This document shows, one piece after another, positions 36,073 to 45,323 of a DNA stretch of 64,000 bases. Made by a program: the position numbers and the translations under genes. The DNA is from Patescibacteria group bacterium (GTDB taxonomy: Bacteria; Patescibacteriota; Microgenomatia; PFEM01; JAHIFH01): the NCBI GenBank assembly GCA_035529375.1, contig DATKWU010000009.1, forward strand, positions 19,092 through 83,091. The letters are read 5' to 3'. A model generated the notes under the pieces. That model did no database searches. It was not told the DNA's origin and saw nothing but the letters and a program-made list of their open reading frames with translations. Each line of letters starts with the position of its first letter. The first letter of the stretch is position 1.

Positions 36073-37115
36073 AAATGTTCTTGAGAAAAAACCTGGGCTC
36101 TTTTTTTCGCCCCGGCTGCTAATCTTTCTCTTAATTTATTATCCCTAGCAACTTTTAAGGTCTGCTCAATTAATTCTTCTTTACTCTTCCATAATAAACC
36201 ATCTTTCTGGTGATTAACAATTTCCGGCTGGCCGCCTTTGTTAATCACAATCGGCACACAACCAGCCGCCATGGCCTCAACCGTCGTAATCCCAAAATGC
36301 TCTACTTTCTCTGGATTCTGCTCCTCATCAACACCAAAACCAGCCGCTGTCCAAAAAATTTTGGCTTGAGCATAAAGCTTTTTTAATTCTGAAAAAGGCG
36401 GACTTTCAATAATTTCGACTGGCAGTTTTTTAGCTTTCTGTTTAAGTAAATCAAAAGCTTCATCCTTGCCAATATCTGTCCCACCAGCTAAAATCAACTG
36501 CCAATCACCTAATTCTTTAGCTATCTGGCCAAAAACATCTATTAAAACATCTTGTCTCTTAGACTGTATTAATTGAGAAAACCGACCAACCGAAAAGATA
36601 ATATTCTTCTTTTCCCCAGACTTAAACTCTTTAACCGCTACCGGTGGATAGACAATCTGGCTTTGGACGCCATATTCCTTATCAATAAATCTTTTGGTTA
36701 ATTGAGAATTGCAAATAATAGTCTTAATTCTCTTTAATTTAACTTTATTCAAAGGCTTCCTTCCGCCAACATCATGAAAGGGGACTTGAAAATGAAGAAG
36801 GTTCTTTTTGGCAAAAAGCGAAGGGATACTCCCATCAGAAACATAAAAAAGCAAATCATAGTTTTTCATTAAGGACATCTTTTTAAAGAAATTTTCCTTA
36901 AAAAAATTAGGAACAAAGCTAATTTTTTTTAAATCAATTCCTAATCTCTTTTCCAGCTTCTTCCCTATTCCCCTATCATCCCAAAAAACATCCACTTGCC
37001 AGCCTTTTTTAGCCAAACAATGAGCCACGGTTATGGCGTAGCGTTCCCCACCACCCAAAGTATCTAAATAGGGATCAAAGATACCGGCCTTTTTCATTTT
37101 TGCTGCCTCTCCCAT
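36042..37115 (-). CDS. Glycosyltransferase family 4 (GT-B)
   Basis: EHFGITTVEAMAAGCVPIVINKGGQPEIVNHQKDGLLW is the GT4 E-x7-E signature. 357 aa. Confidence 0.85.
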   Translation of the reverse strand: MGEAAKMKKAGIFDPYLDTLGGGERYAITVAHCLAKKGWQVDVFWDDRGIGKKLEKRLGIDLKKISFVPNFFKENFFKKMSLMKNYDLLFYVSDGSIPSLFAKKNLLHFQVPFHDVGGRKPLNKVKLKRIKTIICNSQLTKRFIDKEYGVQSQIVYPPVAVKEFKSGEKKNIIFSVGRFSQLIQSKRQDVLIDVFGQIAKELGDWQLILAGGTDIGKDEAFDLLKQKAKKLPVEIIESPPFSELKKLYAQAKIFWTAAGFGVDEEQNPEKVEHFGITTVEAMAAGCVPIVINKGGQPEIVNHQKDGLLWKSKEELIEQTLKVARDNKLRERLAAGAKKRAQVFSQEHFCQEIVKLAQ

Positions 37116-37858
37116 AATCTGGCATAAGTAATAAAACGACTAAACATTTGGAAAATAATTTCAATCCAACCAACAGTACCATCTCGCCAGCCCTGTTGCC
37201 TTATCGCTCGTTTCCAAAATTCGCCGACCATAATTCTTAAAATCCGCCACCAAGTAACGGGCGGATGATGAGCTTGGTAAAGCAAATCTGCTTCGATTTT
37301 TGACCATTGTCTGGTTTTTTCGACCATTGAAGACAAATCTCGGTGAGTCAGATGAAGCATCGGTTCTTTCAAGTGACTTAATTCACCTTCATAAATTGGC
37401 TCTTCATGCAATCTGCCTCGCCACTCTTTTAGTTTGTCCTTCTTAAATAACCTCTTGACATAATCAGGCCAAGAACCCCCATACTTAACTTCTTTGCCAA
37501 GGTAAAAATTCCTTCTGGGGATAGCAAAAGCACTGCCTTCTCTTTTTTTCATTAATCCTTCTATCTCTCTTCTCAATCCAGGTGTCACCCGCTCGTCAGC
37601 ATCGAGGTAAAAGATCCAATCACCTTTAGCAACCTCTAAACCCTTATTCCTCCAACTAGCATAATCCGGCTTTTTTAAAGGAACCTCTATAATCTCTGCT
37701 TTATATTTTTTTGCAATTTCTATTGTTTTGTCAGTCGAACCAGTATCAACCAAAATAATTTCGTCAGTCCACTTAACTGATTCCAAACAGTCTCTAATCA
37801 TCGCTTCTTCATTCCGAGCAATAATAATAACGCTAAGCTTCATAACTCCCCTTTCCAA
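37094..37858 (-). CDS. Glycosyltransferase family 2 (GT-A)
   Basis: LSVIIIARNEEAMIRDCLESVKWTDEIILVDTGSTDKT...FYLDADERVTP. 254 aa. Paralog of 38741..39643. Confidence 0.8.
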   Translation of the reverse strand: MERGVMKLSVIIIARNEEAMIRDCLESVKWTDEIILVDTGSTDKTIEIAKKYKAEIIEVPLKKPDYASWRNKGLEVAKGDWIFYLDADERVTPGLRREIEGLMKKREGSAFAIPRRNFYLGKEVKYGGSWPDYVKRLFKKDKLKEWRGRLHEEPIYEGELSHLKEPMLHLTHRDLSSMVEKTRQWSKIEADLLYQAHHPPVTWWRILRIMVGEFWKRAIRQQGWRDGTVGWIEIIFQMFSRFITYARLWERQQK

Positions 37859-38741
37859 ATCTATTAATTAAGAAGTCACGGAAACCAATTTTTTGCCAGG
37901 GTCGACCAATAAGCAAACGGCTCAACCCCCATTTAAATAAAGCTAATTTAGCTCGTAAAGGCGCATAACGAAGACCAAACAAAAGACGGTTTCTAGTCAA
38001 ATAATAATCATGTAAAGAGCCGCCAACCTCACTTGAACTGGCATTAAAATGCCACATTTTTGCTTGAGGAACGAATAAAAGCTGAAAACCCGCTTTTTTA
38101 GCCCGAACCGAGTAATCAGAATCCTCATAATAAGCAAAATATTTTTTATCTAAAAAGCCAATTTTCTCGATCACTTTTCTTTTAATTAACATCGCACAAC
38201 CCGAAATATAATCGGTTTCTTCTATTTGGTCATATTGTCCCTGATCAACTTCGTCAACGCCGCGATGTTGAGTCAGAACGTTCTGCCAATCAACGATGCC
38301 TCCAACAAACCAAAGAACCTTGCCTCTCTCTGACTCTTGATAACGATCACGATGAAACTCATGTCCAGGGGCAAAATAGATTTTTGGACTCAAAAGACCA
38401 GCTTTCTTTCTTTTTTCTGCTACTTTAAATAGATGAACTAGTAGATTTTCATCTAAAATCGTGTCGTTGTTAATAATAAAAATATAATCAGCTTTGTCAT
38501 CAAAAGCTTTTTTCATCCCTAAGTTATAACCGCCAGCAAAACCGAGATTCTCTTTGGTTTCTAAAAAGATAAACTTAGGAAATTTTTTCTTCAAATCATT
38601 AATCTTCTCTTGAGGATTATTATTAACAACAATTGTTTCCAGCTCAAAACCTTTGCTTTTCAGTTTATTAATTGATTGAAGGCATTGAAGAGTTAAATCC
38701 TTACTTTTATAGTGAACCGTAACAATCGTAATTTTCTTCAT
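37833..38741 (-). CDS. Glycosyltransferase family 2 (GT-A)
   Basis: ITIVTVHYKSKDLTLQCLQSI...IVVNNNPQE...IINNDTIL are GT2 signatures. 302 aa. Confidence 0.8.
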   Translation of the reverse strand: MKKITIVTVHYKSKDLTLQCLQSINKLKSKGFELETIVVNNNPQEKINDLKKKFPKFIFLETKENLGFAGGYNLGMKKAFDDKADYIFIINNDTILDENLLVHLFKVAEKRKKAGLLSPKIYFAPGHEFHRDRYQESERGKVLWFVGGIVDWQNVLTQHRGVDEVDQGQYDQIEETDYISGCAMLIKRKVIEKIGFLDKKYFAYYEDSDYSVRAKKAGFQLLFVPQAKMWHFNASSSEVGGSLHDYYLTRNRLLFGLRYAPLRAKLALFKWGLSRLLIGRPWQKIGFRDFLINRFGKGSYEA

Positions 38742-39643
38742 TAACTTAATTTGCGTTTAACTCTTAGCTGAAGCTTTTTCAGGGGATTCTTGAGCTCTTT
38801 TATGGCGGTGGTTGTCCACCAATAGGCTGTTTCCTTACCCAGAGCCTTCATTTCACTAACAAAATCTTGCAAAGGCAGTTCTTCGGCTTTAAAACCTTGT
38901 TTTTCCCAAATTTTGAGATACAAGATAAACTCGGAAAAAGCTTGGAGCAAAGCCAAAACCAAACCATGGAGACCATCTTTGTAACCTTCACCCGCAAAAA
39001 AACGGCTCAAAAATTCACCTGTTGGTTTCTTAATTAGATCCGGCCATTGAAATTTATAACCAGATTCAACTAACCCCTCAAGTTGAATATCAGTATAACG
39101 ATTAACTCTCTCTAAATACTGGGAAATTGATTGATAGTGATAGTGAACAATCGCTTGGCTTTCTTTAGCTTCTAAATCTTTCCCCTTACCTCTGGTCAGG
39201 GGAATACTATGAATCTTATCAGACCATTCAACCGCGCCTTTTTTGAAAAAACGAATATTCCAATCCGGCCACCAACGAGAATGTTTAATCCATTTACCAA
39301 AAATAATGTTTTTTCTGGGCAAACGGAAGAAACTCGCTCCTTGAGGCTTGGTCGCTAATCTTTTTAGCGTCTTGGCTAGTAAAGGAGGCACTTCTTCATC
39401 AGCATCGAGGATAAGAAACCAATTCCCTTTCGCCTTGGCAATAGAAAAATTTCTAACGGGTTCAACATAGCGAGGATAAGGATGAGAAAAAACCTTGGCC
39501 CCAAGCTTCTTGGCGATCGCCGCTGTCTTATCGATTGATTCAGTATCGACCACAATCATTTCATCCGCCCATTTAACTGAATCAAGACAGCGTCTAATAT
39601 TTTTTTCTTCGTTATAAGCAACAATAACCACCGAAATTGACAT
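38741..39643 (-). CDS. Glycosyltransferase family 2 (GT-A)
   Basis: ISVVIVAYNEEKNIRRCLDSVKWADEMIVVDTESIDKT...LILDADEEVPP. 300 aa. Confidence 0.8.
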   Translation of the reverse strand: MSISVVIVAYNEEKNIRRCLDSVKWADEMIVVDTESIDKTAAIAKKLGAKVFSHPYPRYVEPVRNFSIAKAKGNWFLILDADEEVPPLLAKTLKRLATKPQGASFFRLPRKNIIFGKWIKHSRWWPDWNIRFFKKGAVEWSDKIHSIPLTRGKGKDLEAKESQAIVHYHYQSISQYLERVNRYTDIQLEGLVESGYKFQWPDLIKKPTGEFLSRFFAGEGYKDGLHGLVLALLQAFSEFILYLKIWEKQGFKAEELPLQDFVSEMKALGKETAYWWTTTAIKELKNPLKKLQLRVKRKLS

Positions 39644-39651
39644 ATTTCTCC

Positions 39652-41346
39652 TTAAATGATACCACGAACCTGATAAATTCTCGCCTGATCATTCCCAAAA
39701 ACCTGATCGATGCCTAATTGCTCTTCCGTCAGCCTAAATTCCTGTTGATCAACCAGATAAATGTAGCCAATCTGATTATTTAACAAAAAGCCCCTGGCCC
39801 AGATCTCGTTATCAGTGGTAAAAAATTTAATTTCATCTTCAGCTCTTTTTTCAAAATCATAGCCAGAAATAATCAGATTCATTTCGTCTTCTAAAAAAGT
39901 TTGTTTATTAGCCAAAGCCGAAACATAGGCCGTTGTTTCATAAGCATATAAGGGAATTGGGGTCTGCTTAAATCTTTGTTTTTCAAAAGGATTGTAAAAA
40001 TAAGTCAAAACCACGGCTTTTTTCTGATTTTTGAGAAAGGAGAGGGCCTCTAATTCACCTTGAGAGATGGCCGTGGGCGGTGGCCAGCCTAAATAGCCTC
40101 TAAGGGTCGCTAAGCTCGTAGGTATGGTTAATAAAATAACTAAGCCTAATAAAAACCACTTGAAATTGGCCTTGATTTTCATTAAATCAGCTAGAGCTAC
40201 GGCCGCATAAAAATTAGCAAAAAACAAGAAATAATAGAAAAACTGAATCGTGTTCCAGGCCGTGCCTTTTTGAACAAAAACAAGGGGAATCAATAAACCA
40301 AGAGCACCACCAATCATAATCAAGACATCAAGTTCCGTGAAATCTTTTTTAAGATTTTTCTTAATTAAAGTTACCAAACCAACCATTCTCATTCCCAAAT
40401 TTCCCACTAGAAAGATAATCAATCCTCCCAGTTCCAACACAAAAAGCCTGAAAACCATTTTATTTTCAGTAAAAGCATATCTGGCAACCGCTAATCTGGG
40501 TAAGTAAAGCCGATCAGGCGTTTCGATCATCGTATGAATAAACCAGAAAGGCTGGAAAACGAGTAAAGAAGCGGCTTCCCGATTAATAAGTAAGAAGGTA
40601 ATCAAAGAAGTTATCAAAGCAATCAAAAAGATCAACCAAAACTCTTTCTTTTTCTTAAAAAGAGCAAAAACAAACAGCGCTGGTAAAGCAATAATGCCGG
40701 CATAAACCTTAATATTAATCAAAATCCCAAAAAGCAAACCTAAACTAATTATCTGCCAAAGCTGTCCTTTTTTTAGCCGCAACAAACCTAAAATCCCAGC
40801 CAATAAAACTACTAAGGATAAGGCAAAAGAGGGATTAATCAAAGTGGAAATTGACTGCATTGACCAAAACAAAGATTCGCCCCCTAATTCTTTGGTCCGC
40901 CATAAGGTAATCAAAAAACCAAAAGAGCCAGCAAAATAATTGAAAAAGGCCAACCAAAAACCAGTCCAAAAATCCTTGCGCCAAAAATAACCAACTAAAA
41001 ACGAAAGCAAGCCAATACCCAGAGCCAAGAAAACAGGGAAAACCTGAAAATAGAGATAGCGAATCGGAATTGTGGTTAATCTATTAAAAACAGCTAAGAA
41101 AAGGTCGTAAAAATAGTGGTAATTAGTTAATTCAAAACCAGCTAGAGTTGGATGAGGCGGTGGAAAACCTTCTAAAACTTGATTCGCTAGGGCTAGGTGC
41201 CAAACCGCGTCATGACCATTGGGTCCCCAAAAACCCATGCCAAAATCATAGATTAAACCGCTCCGGAACATGGTGACTCCTTGAGCTAGAACGCCGAAAA
41301 AAAGGAGAATGGCTAAAAAGATTTTAGATTTTCTTTTTAATTGCAT
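39652..41346 (-). CDS. Large polytopic membrane protein, function unknown (possibly GT-C-type)
   Basis: 564 aa with more than 12 TM. An N-terminal loop FWGPNGHDAVWHLALANQVLEGFPPPHPTLAGF precedes a C-terminal soluble domain. Confidence 0.5.
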   Translation of the reverse strand: MQLKRKSKIFLAILLFFGVLAQGVTMFRSGLIYDFGMGFWGPNGHDAVWHLALANQVLEGFPPPHPTLAGFELTNYHYFYDLFLAVFNRLTTIPIRYLYFQVFPVFLALGIGLLSFLVGYFWRKDFWTGFWLAFFNYFAGSFGFLITLWRTKELGGESLFWSMQSISTLINPSFALSLVVLLAGILGLLRLKKGQLWQIISLGLLFGILINIKVYAGIIALPALFVFALFKKKKEFWLIFLIALITSLITFLLINREAASLLVFQPFWFIHTMIETPDRLYLPRLAVARYAFTENKMVFRLFVLELGGLIIFLVGNLGMRMVGLVTLIKKNLKKDFTELDVLIMIGGALGLLIPLVFVQKGTAWNTIQFFYYFLFFANFYAAVALADLMKIKANFKWFLLGLVILLTIPTSLATLRGYLGWPPPTAISQGELEALSFLKNQKKAVVLTYFYNPFEKQRFKQTPIPLYAYETTAYVSALANKQTFLEDEMNLIISGYDFEKRAEDEIKFFTTDNEIWARGFLLNNQIGYIYLVDQQEFRLTEEQLGIDQVFGNDQARIYQVRGII

Positions 41347-42823
41347 AGATTAATTTCTGACTATCAATAATCAATTGCTGGCCGACCATTAGATAAATAA
41401 CCCCAAAATAAACTAAGCCGCCTAAGATAATAGAAAAAATCAGACCAAAAAGACCTTTAGCTAAGAATGATTCAAAAAGGAAAACAACGACTGCCATGAT
41501 TAAACTGGCGATTAAAGGTTTGATAATCGAACCAATAAAATTAAATTTAATATGTTGCTTGGTAATCCAAATCGCCACCACCGAACTAAAGGCAACCAGA
41601 GCCGAGGCCGCGGCGACGCCGTTAAAACCAAACTTAAGTGCTAAAAGAGGAAAGAAAATCCAAGTTAAAATTGTCCACATGACCATTAATTTAAAAACGG
41701 TTTTAATCTTGCCAATCGCCGTCAAAGCATTGGTCAGAGGTGTCGTCACCGCTCCCCAAAGACTGTTAATGGCGTAAAGATACAAAGCCAAGATCGCTAT
41801 TTCCCACTTACTGTAACGAGGTATAATCATCACCAAAGGCCGGGCTACCAAACAAAGACCAATCACTAAAGGAAAAACTAAGAGGGTAATAAAAAACAAG
41901 GTTTTTTCAATTGCCCGAGTTAACTCTTTCTTGTCATCTTGCATTCGGGCATAAGCGGGAAAAGTAACTTTAATAACCGCATCCATCACAAAACGAAGGG
42001 GCATTTGGGCCCACTTTTGCGCCCAGCCAAGGATACCAACACCAGTCGCCCCGATAATCTTCCAAAGAAAAACATTCATTAAACGATCTTTAATCACGGC
42101 TAAAAAAGAGTTGGTCTGATAAGGAACACCAAAGCGAAGCAGATGTTTTAAAGAATCTTTTTCAAAAGCAAAACCAATCTTCCAAGGAGAAAGCAAATAA
42201 ATCAAGATAACACCAACAAAGCCCCGAGCTAAAACGGCCCAGGCATAACTGGTGACGCCAAAGCCTTGCCAAGCTAAGAAAACGGCTAAACCATAAAAAA
42301 GCAAACTTTCAACAATTTCGACGACAACTAATAAATCAAATCTTAACTTTCTTTCTAACAAAACCGAAGGAATTGTTTTTAAAGAAGCTAGGAAAAAACC
42401 AACTGTCAAAGCCCAAAGTAACCAAATTCCAGACTGACTAATATTATAAAAACCGCGCAACCAGGGGGTGAGGAGGAAAACCAAAATAACTAAAGTTAAG
42501 ACTAGAGCTTGTTGAATCGTAAAAGTACTCCGAATATCCGCTAATTTCGGCTTCTCTTTTTTCTGAATCAAGGCTGCCGCCAAACCAATGTCAGAAAAAT
42601 AGCCTAGAATGGCAATTAATTCAGAAACAGCAAAAAAAAGACCAATCTCGGCCTGATTTAAAAAAACAGTCAGAATAAAAAAACCAAGAAAAGAAATAAT
42701 TTGAAGAATAAAAGTCCGTCCGGTTAGAGCCACGACCCCTTTGACGGCCCGTCCCTTAACTGTCTCTAAATCAATCTCCAGAGCGCTTTCGGGCATGCCT
42801 GCGATCATTTCTTCCATGCCCAT
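41324..42823 (-). CDS. Wzx-like flippase / polysaccharide biosynthesis protein (MOP superfamily)
   Basis: 499 aa with about 14 TM. The typical PST N-terminus is KGVVALTGRTFILQIISFLGFFILTVFLNQAEIGLFFAV. Confidence 0.7.
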   Translation of the reverse strand: MGMEEMIAGMPESALEIDLETVKGRAVKGVVALTGRTFILQIISFLGFFILTVFLNQAEIGLFFAVSELIAILGYFSDIGLAAALIQKKEKPKLADIRSTFTIQQALVLTLVILVFLLTPWLRGFYNISQSGIWLLWALTVGFFLASLKTIPSVLLERKLRFDLLVVVEIVESLLFYGLAVFLAWQGFGVTSYAWAVLARGFVGVILIYLLSPWKIGFAFEKDSLKHLLRFGVPYQTNSFLAVIKDRLMNVFLWKIIGATGVGILGWAQKWAQMPLRFVMDAVIKVTFPAYARMQDDKKELTRAIEKTLFFITLLVFPLVIGLCLVARPLVMIIPRYSKWEIAILALYLYAINSLWGAVTTPLTNALTAIGKIKTVFKLMVMWTILTWIFFPLLALKFGFNGVAAASALVAFSSVVAIWITKQHIKFNFIGSIIKPLIASLIMAVVVFLFESFLAKGLFGLIFSIILGGLVYFGVIYLMVGQQLIIDSQKLIYAIKKKI

Positions 42824-42840
42824 ATTTTAGCATAAAGCTA

Positions 42841-43626
42841 ATGAAAGGTGATAAAATATCAACAATGAAAAAAGTTAGTTTCAAAAGTAATGGTTTTAAG
42901 CTTGTCGGCATTCTTCATTCACCTTCTAAATCAACAAAAAAAGCAATTATTATGGCTCACGGATTAAAGGTTGATAAAGACGAAGGTGGTATTTTTATTC
43001 GAACTGCTAACAAACTAACTCAATTAGGAGTAGCAGTCTTCCGATTTGATTTTAGAGGTTGTGGTGAAAGCGAAGGAAAATTCGCCGATAGAACTATTCG
43101 CAGTGATATCCAGGATTTAGCCAATGCCTTCGGATTCATGGAATATGAAGGTTATCAGAAATTCAGTTTATTAGGAGCCAGTTGGGGTGGTGGTATTGGA
43201 GTTTTGTTTCTTAAAGATAATCCTAAGTTTATTAAATCATTAGTATTATGGAATCCTGCTCTTGATTATAAAAGCGGAATAAACAAACTTATCATTCCTT
43301 ATTTAAAAAGGAAAATTATTGAAATGATTAAAAAACGCACTTTTAAGATAAAAGCAGAAAAATTTGATTTCAACAAAAAATTAGTTATCCAGATGATAAA
43401 ATATAAACCTTATCAAGCTCTCAGACAAATTAGTTGTCCAACTTTAATCATTCATGGCGATAAAGACGAAAAAGTTCCGTTAGAAGACTCAATTAAATAC
43501 TACAAATTAACCAAAGGTCCATCAAAGCTAGAAATAATTAAAGGTTCCTCACATGGATTCCATATACCAGAGGCCGAAAAGAAAGTAATGGAGCTTACCT
43601 TAAACTTCTTCAAAGAAAACTGTTAA
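42841..43626 (+). CDS. Alpha/beta hydrolase fold protein
   Basis: The nucleophile elbow LLGASWGGGI (G-x-S-x-G), a late HG motif (GSSHGFH), and the length (261 aa) fit the dienelactone-hydrolase/BAAT-like alpha/beta hydrolases. Confidence 0.75.
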   Translation: MKGDKISTMKKVSFKSNGFKLVGILHSPSKSTKKAIIMAHGLKVDKDEGGIFIRTANKLTQLGVAVFRFDFRGCGESEGKFADRTIRSDIQDLANAFGFMEYEGYQKFSLLGASWGGGIGVLFLKDNPKFIKSLVLWNPALDYKSGINKLIIPYLKRKIIEMIKKRTFKIKAEKFDFNKKLVIQMIKYKPYQALRQISCPTLIIHGDKDEKVPLEDSIKYYKLTKGPSKLEIIKGSSHGFHIPEAEKKVMELTLNFFKENC

Positions 43627-45323
43627 TTTCTCTTTCTCTCCTGCCAAGCAAGCACAAAAAACAAACAAACAAAACTTAAGAGACTAATAGCATTAGCTAT
43701 TCCCCTTAATCTTGTGTTCCTGAACCAGCCAGTGACGGTCCGTTTGTTGACCGGCACCTCAACTTGAATTAAGCCTGTCTCTGGATTAACTTGGTGGTTT
43801 ACTTTTTCTGAATCAACAAAAATCTCCCAATTGGGAAAATCGAAAACAGGCACTTCAACAATTGAATTCTGATCACCGATAACATCAATGGTAAAACGCC
43901 AAAAATTTGACCTTTTATTAAAATCTCTCACCTTTGCTTCACCGGCAATCACCCAGGGTTCTGTTGGCGCCAGGTCGGTGGGAATTTTTTCTACCTGCTT
44001 TGGTACATAATCTGAAAGGGTGGCCATTGATTGGAGCCGCCATTCTTCTCCAGAAAGCTTCTCCTGATCAGTGAGTGGTGAATAATATTCTTCCGGATGA
44101 AAATAATCCAGATTCAAAACTAGAACCAAAAGGATTAAAACCAGACTTAAAAACAATTGGCTTCTTTTCTTTTCCGAAAAGGCGACTAAGCCGCCAACTA
44201 AGAATGAGCTGGCAAACATCGCTAAAGCTAAGAAGCGCCAGGGAAATTGGACGAATGATAAAAGGGGAATTGCTTCCCAAATAAAAACTGATTTAGCATG
44301 AGTCATAAAAACAGTGATGGCAAAAAGAAAAAAGAAAAAAACCAAGGACCAAGAAAGCTTTCTTTTTCGTTGCCACCAAAGATAAAGAAAAATTCCGCCA
44401 GTAATAATGACCAACCACCAGTGCGGCCAGCCGATTTGAAAGGCAAGATCATCATCAGGCCCAAGCCGAGAAGGACCATAACCCCAGCTTCGATCTAAGA
44501 ATAACTGTCTCACCGTGGCAAAATGATGACGAAAATCATAATAACCTGAAGTATGCATCTCGATCGTCACCAGCGATTTCTCAAAAAAGGCTGGCAAGAT
44601 AAAGAAAGCCGCCAGACCCGCCGCCCAAACAAAAACAATGCCTAAAGGAATAATTTTTTTCCAATCTTTTGTTTGAACAAGCCAATAGAAACCCCAAACA
44701 AAGGCAATGGGAACAAAAAGCAAGGCCATGATATTGTGAGAAAGAAATAAAAAAGTCAAAGAAAAAAGACTGGTTAAAAAGAAGGAAAATTTACCCGTCT
44801 TAACAAATTTGTAAATTCCCCAGAGAATCAGAGGGAAAAAAACAATCGCCCAAGATTCGGTCAAGGCCCCCCGAACATAAACATCAACCGCGTGATAAGG
44901 AGCGAGAACATAAAAGACACCAGCTACCATTCCTGCCCACTTGCCAAAAAACTCTTTAGTCAGAAGATACATAAAGATTCCTGATAGCAAAAAACTTAGG
45001 AAAAAAAGAATCTTAGCCACGTCAAGGAAATTCATCCCCAGTAAACGGAAAACCATGCCTAAATAGTAGGGAAAAACAGGGTGATAGTTATAAATCGGAT
45101 GACCATAACCAGCCCCCATGTCAGGCACCCAGCGACAAGGAATTTGGCCATCCTGAAAACATCTTTCCATCTCATAGAGACGCATGACCTGGACATCATC
45201 ATGCATCGAAAAATAACCTGGCCTAAGCAAAGCTAAGCCCGCCAAAATAGCTATGATTATTACCAAAATGAAAGGAATTTGATTTCTAATTTTATTTAAT
45301 TTATTTAGGTTTTCTTTTTTCAT
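43623..45323 (-). CDS. Polytopic membrane protein of a YfhO-related/GT-C-like family, tandem paralog A
   Basis: 566 aa. The N-terminal motif MHDDVQVMRLYEMERCFQDGQIPCRWVPDMGAGYGHPIYNYHP is shared with 45301..46992 and with the N-domain of 49339..52533. Confidence 0.55.
   Translation of the reverse strand: MKKENLNKLNKIRNQIPFILVIIIAILAGLALLRPGYFSMHDDVQVMRLYEMERCFQDGQIPCRWVPDMGAGYGHPIYNYHPVFPYYLGMVFRLLGMNFLDVAKILFFLSFLLSGIFMYLLTKEFFGKWAGMVAGVFYVLAPYHAVDVYVRGALTESWAIVFFPLILWGIYKFVKTGKFSFFLTSLFSLTFLFLSHNIMALLFVPIAFVWGFYWLVQTKDWKKIIPLGIVFVWAAGLAAFFILPAFFEKSLVTIEMHTSGYYDFRHHFATVRQLFLDRSWGYGPSRLGPDDDLAFQIGWPHWWLVIITGGIFLYLWWQRKRKLSWSLVFFFFLFAITVFMTHAKSVFIWEAIPLLSFVQFPWRFLALAMFASSFLVGGLVAFSEKKRSQLFLSLVLILLVLVLNLDYFHPEEYYSPLTDQEKLSGEEWRLQSMATLSDYVPKQVEKIPTDLAPTEPWVIAGEAKVRDFNKRSNFWRFTIDVIGDQNSIVEVPVFDFPNWEIFVDSEKVNHQVNPETGLIQVEVPVNKRTVTGWFRNTRLRGIANAISLLSFVCLFFVLAWQERKRN

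Noticed and set aside
44068-44498. Cluster of short ORFs on both strands (44068..44280 -, 44075..44284 +, 44298..44498 +)
   Set aside because: They lie inside the 566-aa membrane protein gene 43623..45323. Alternative-frame ORFs are of low complexity (K/R/P-rich) and there is no room for independent genes.
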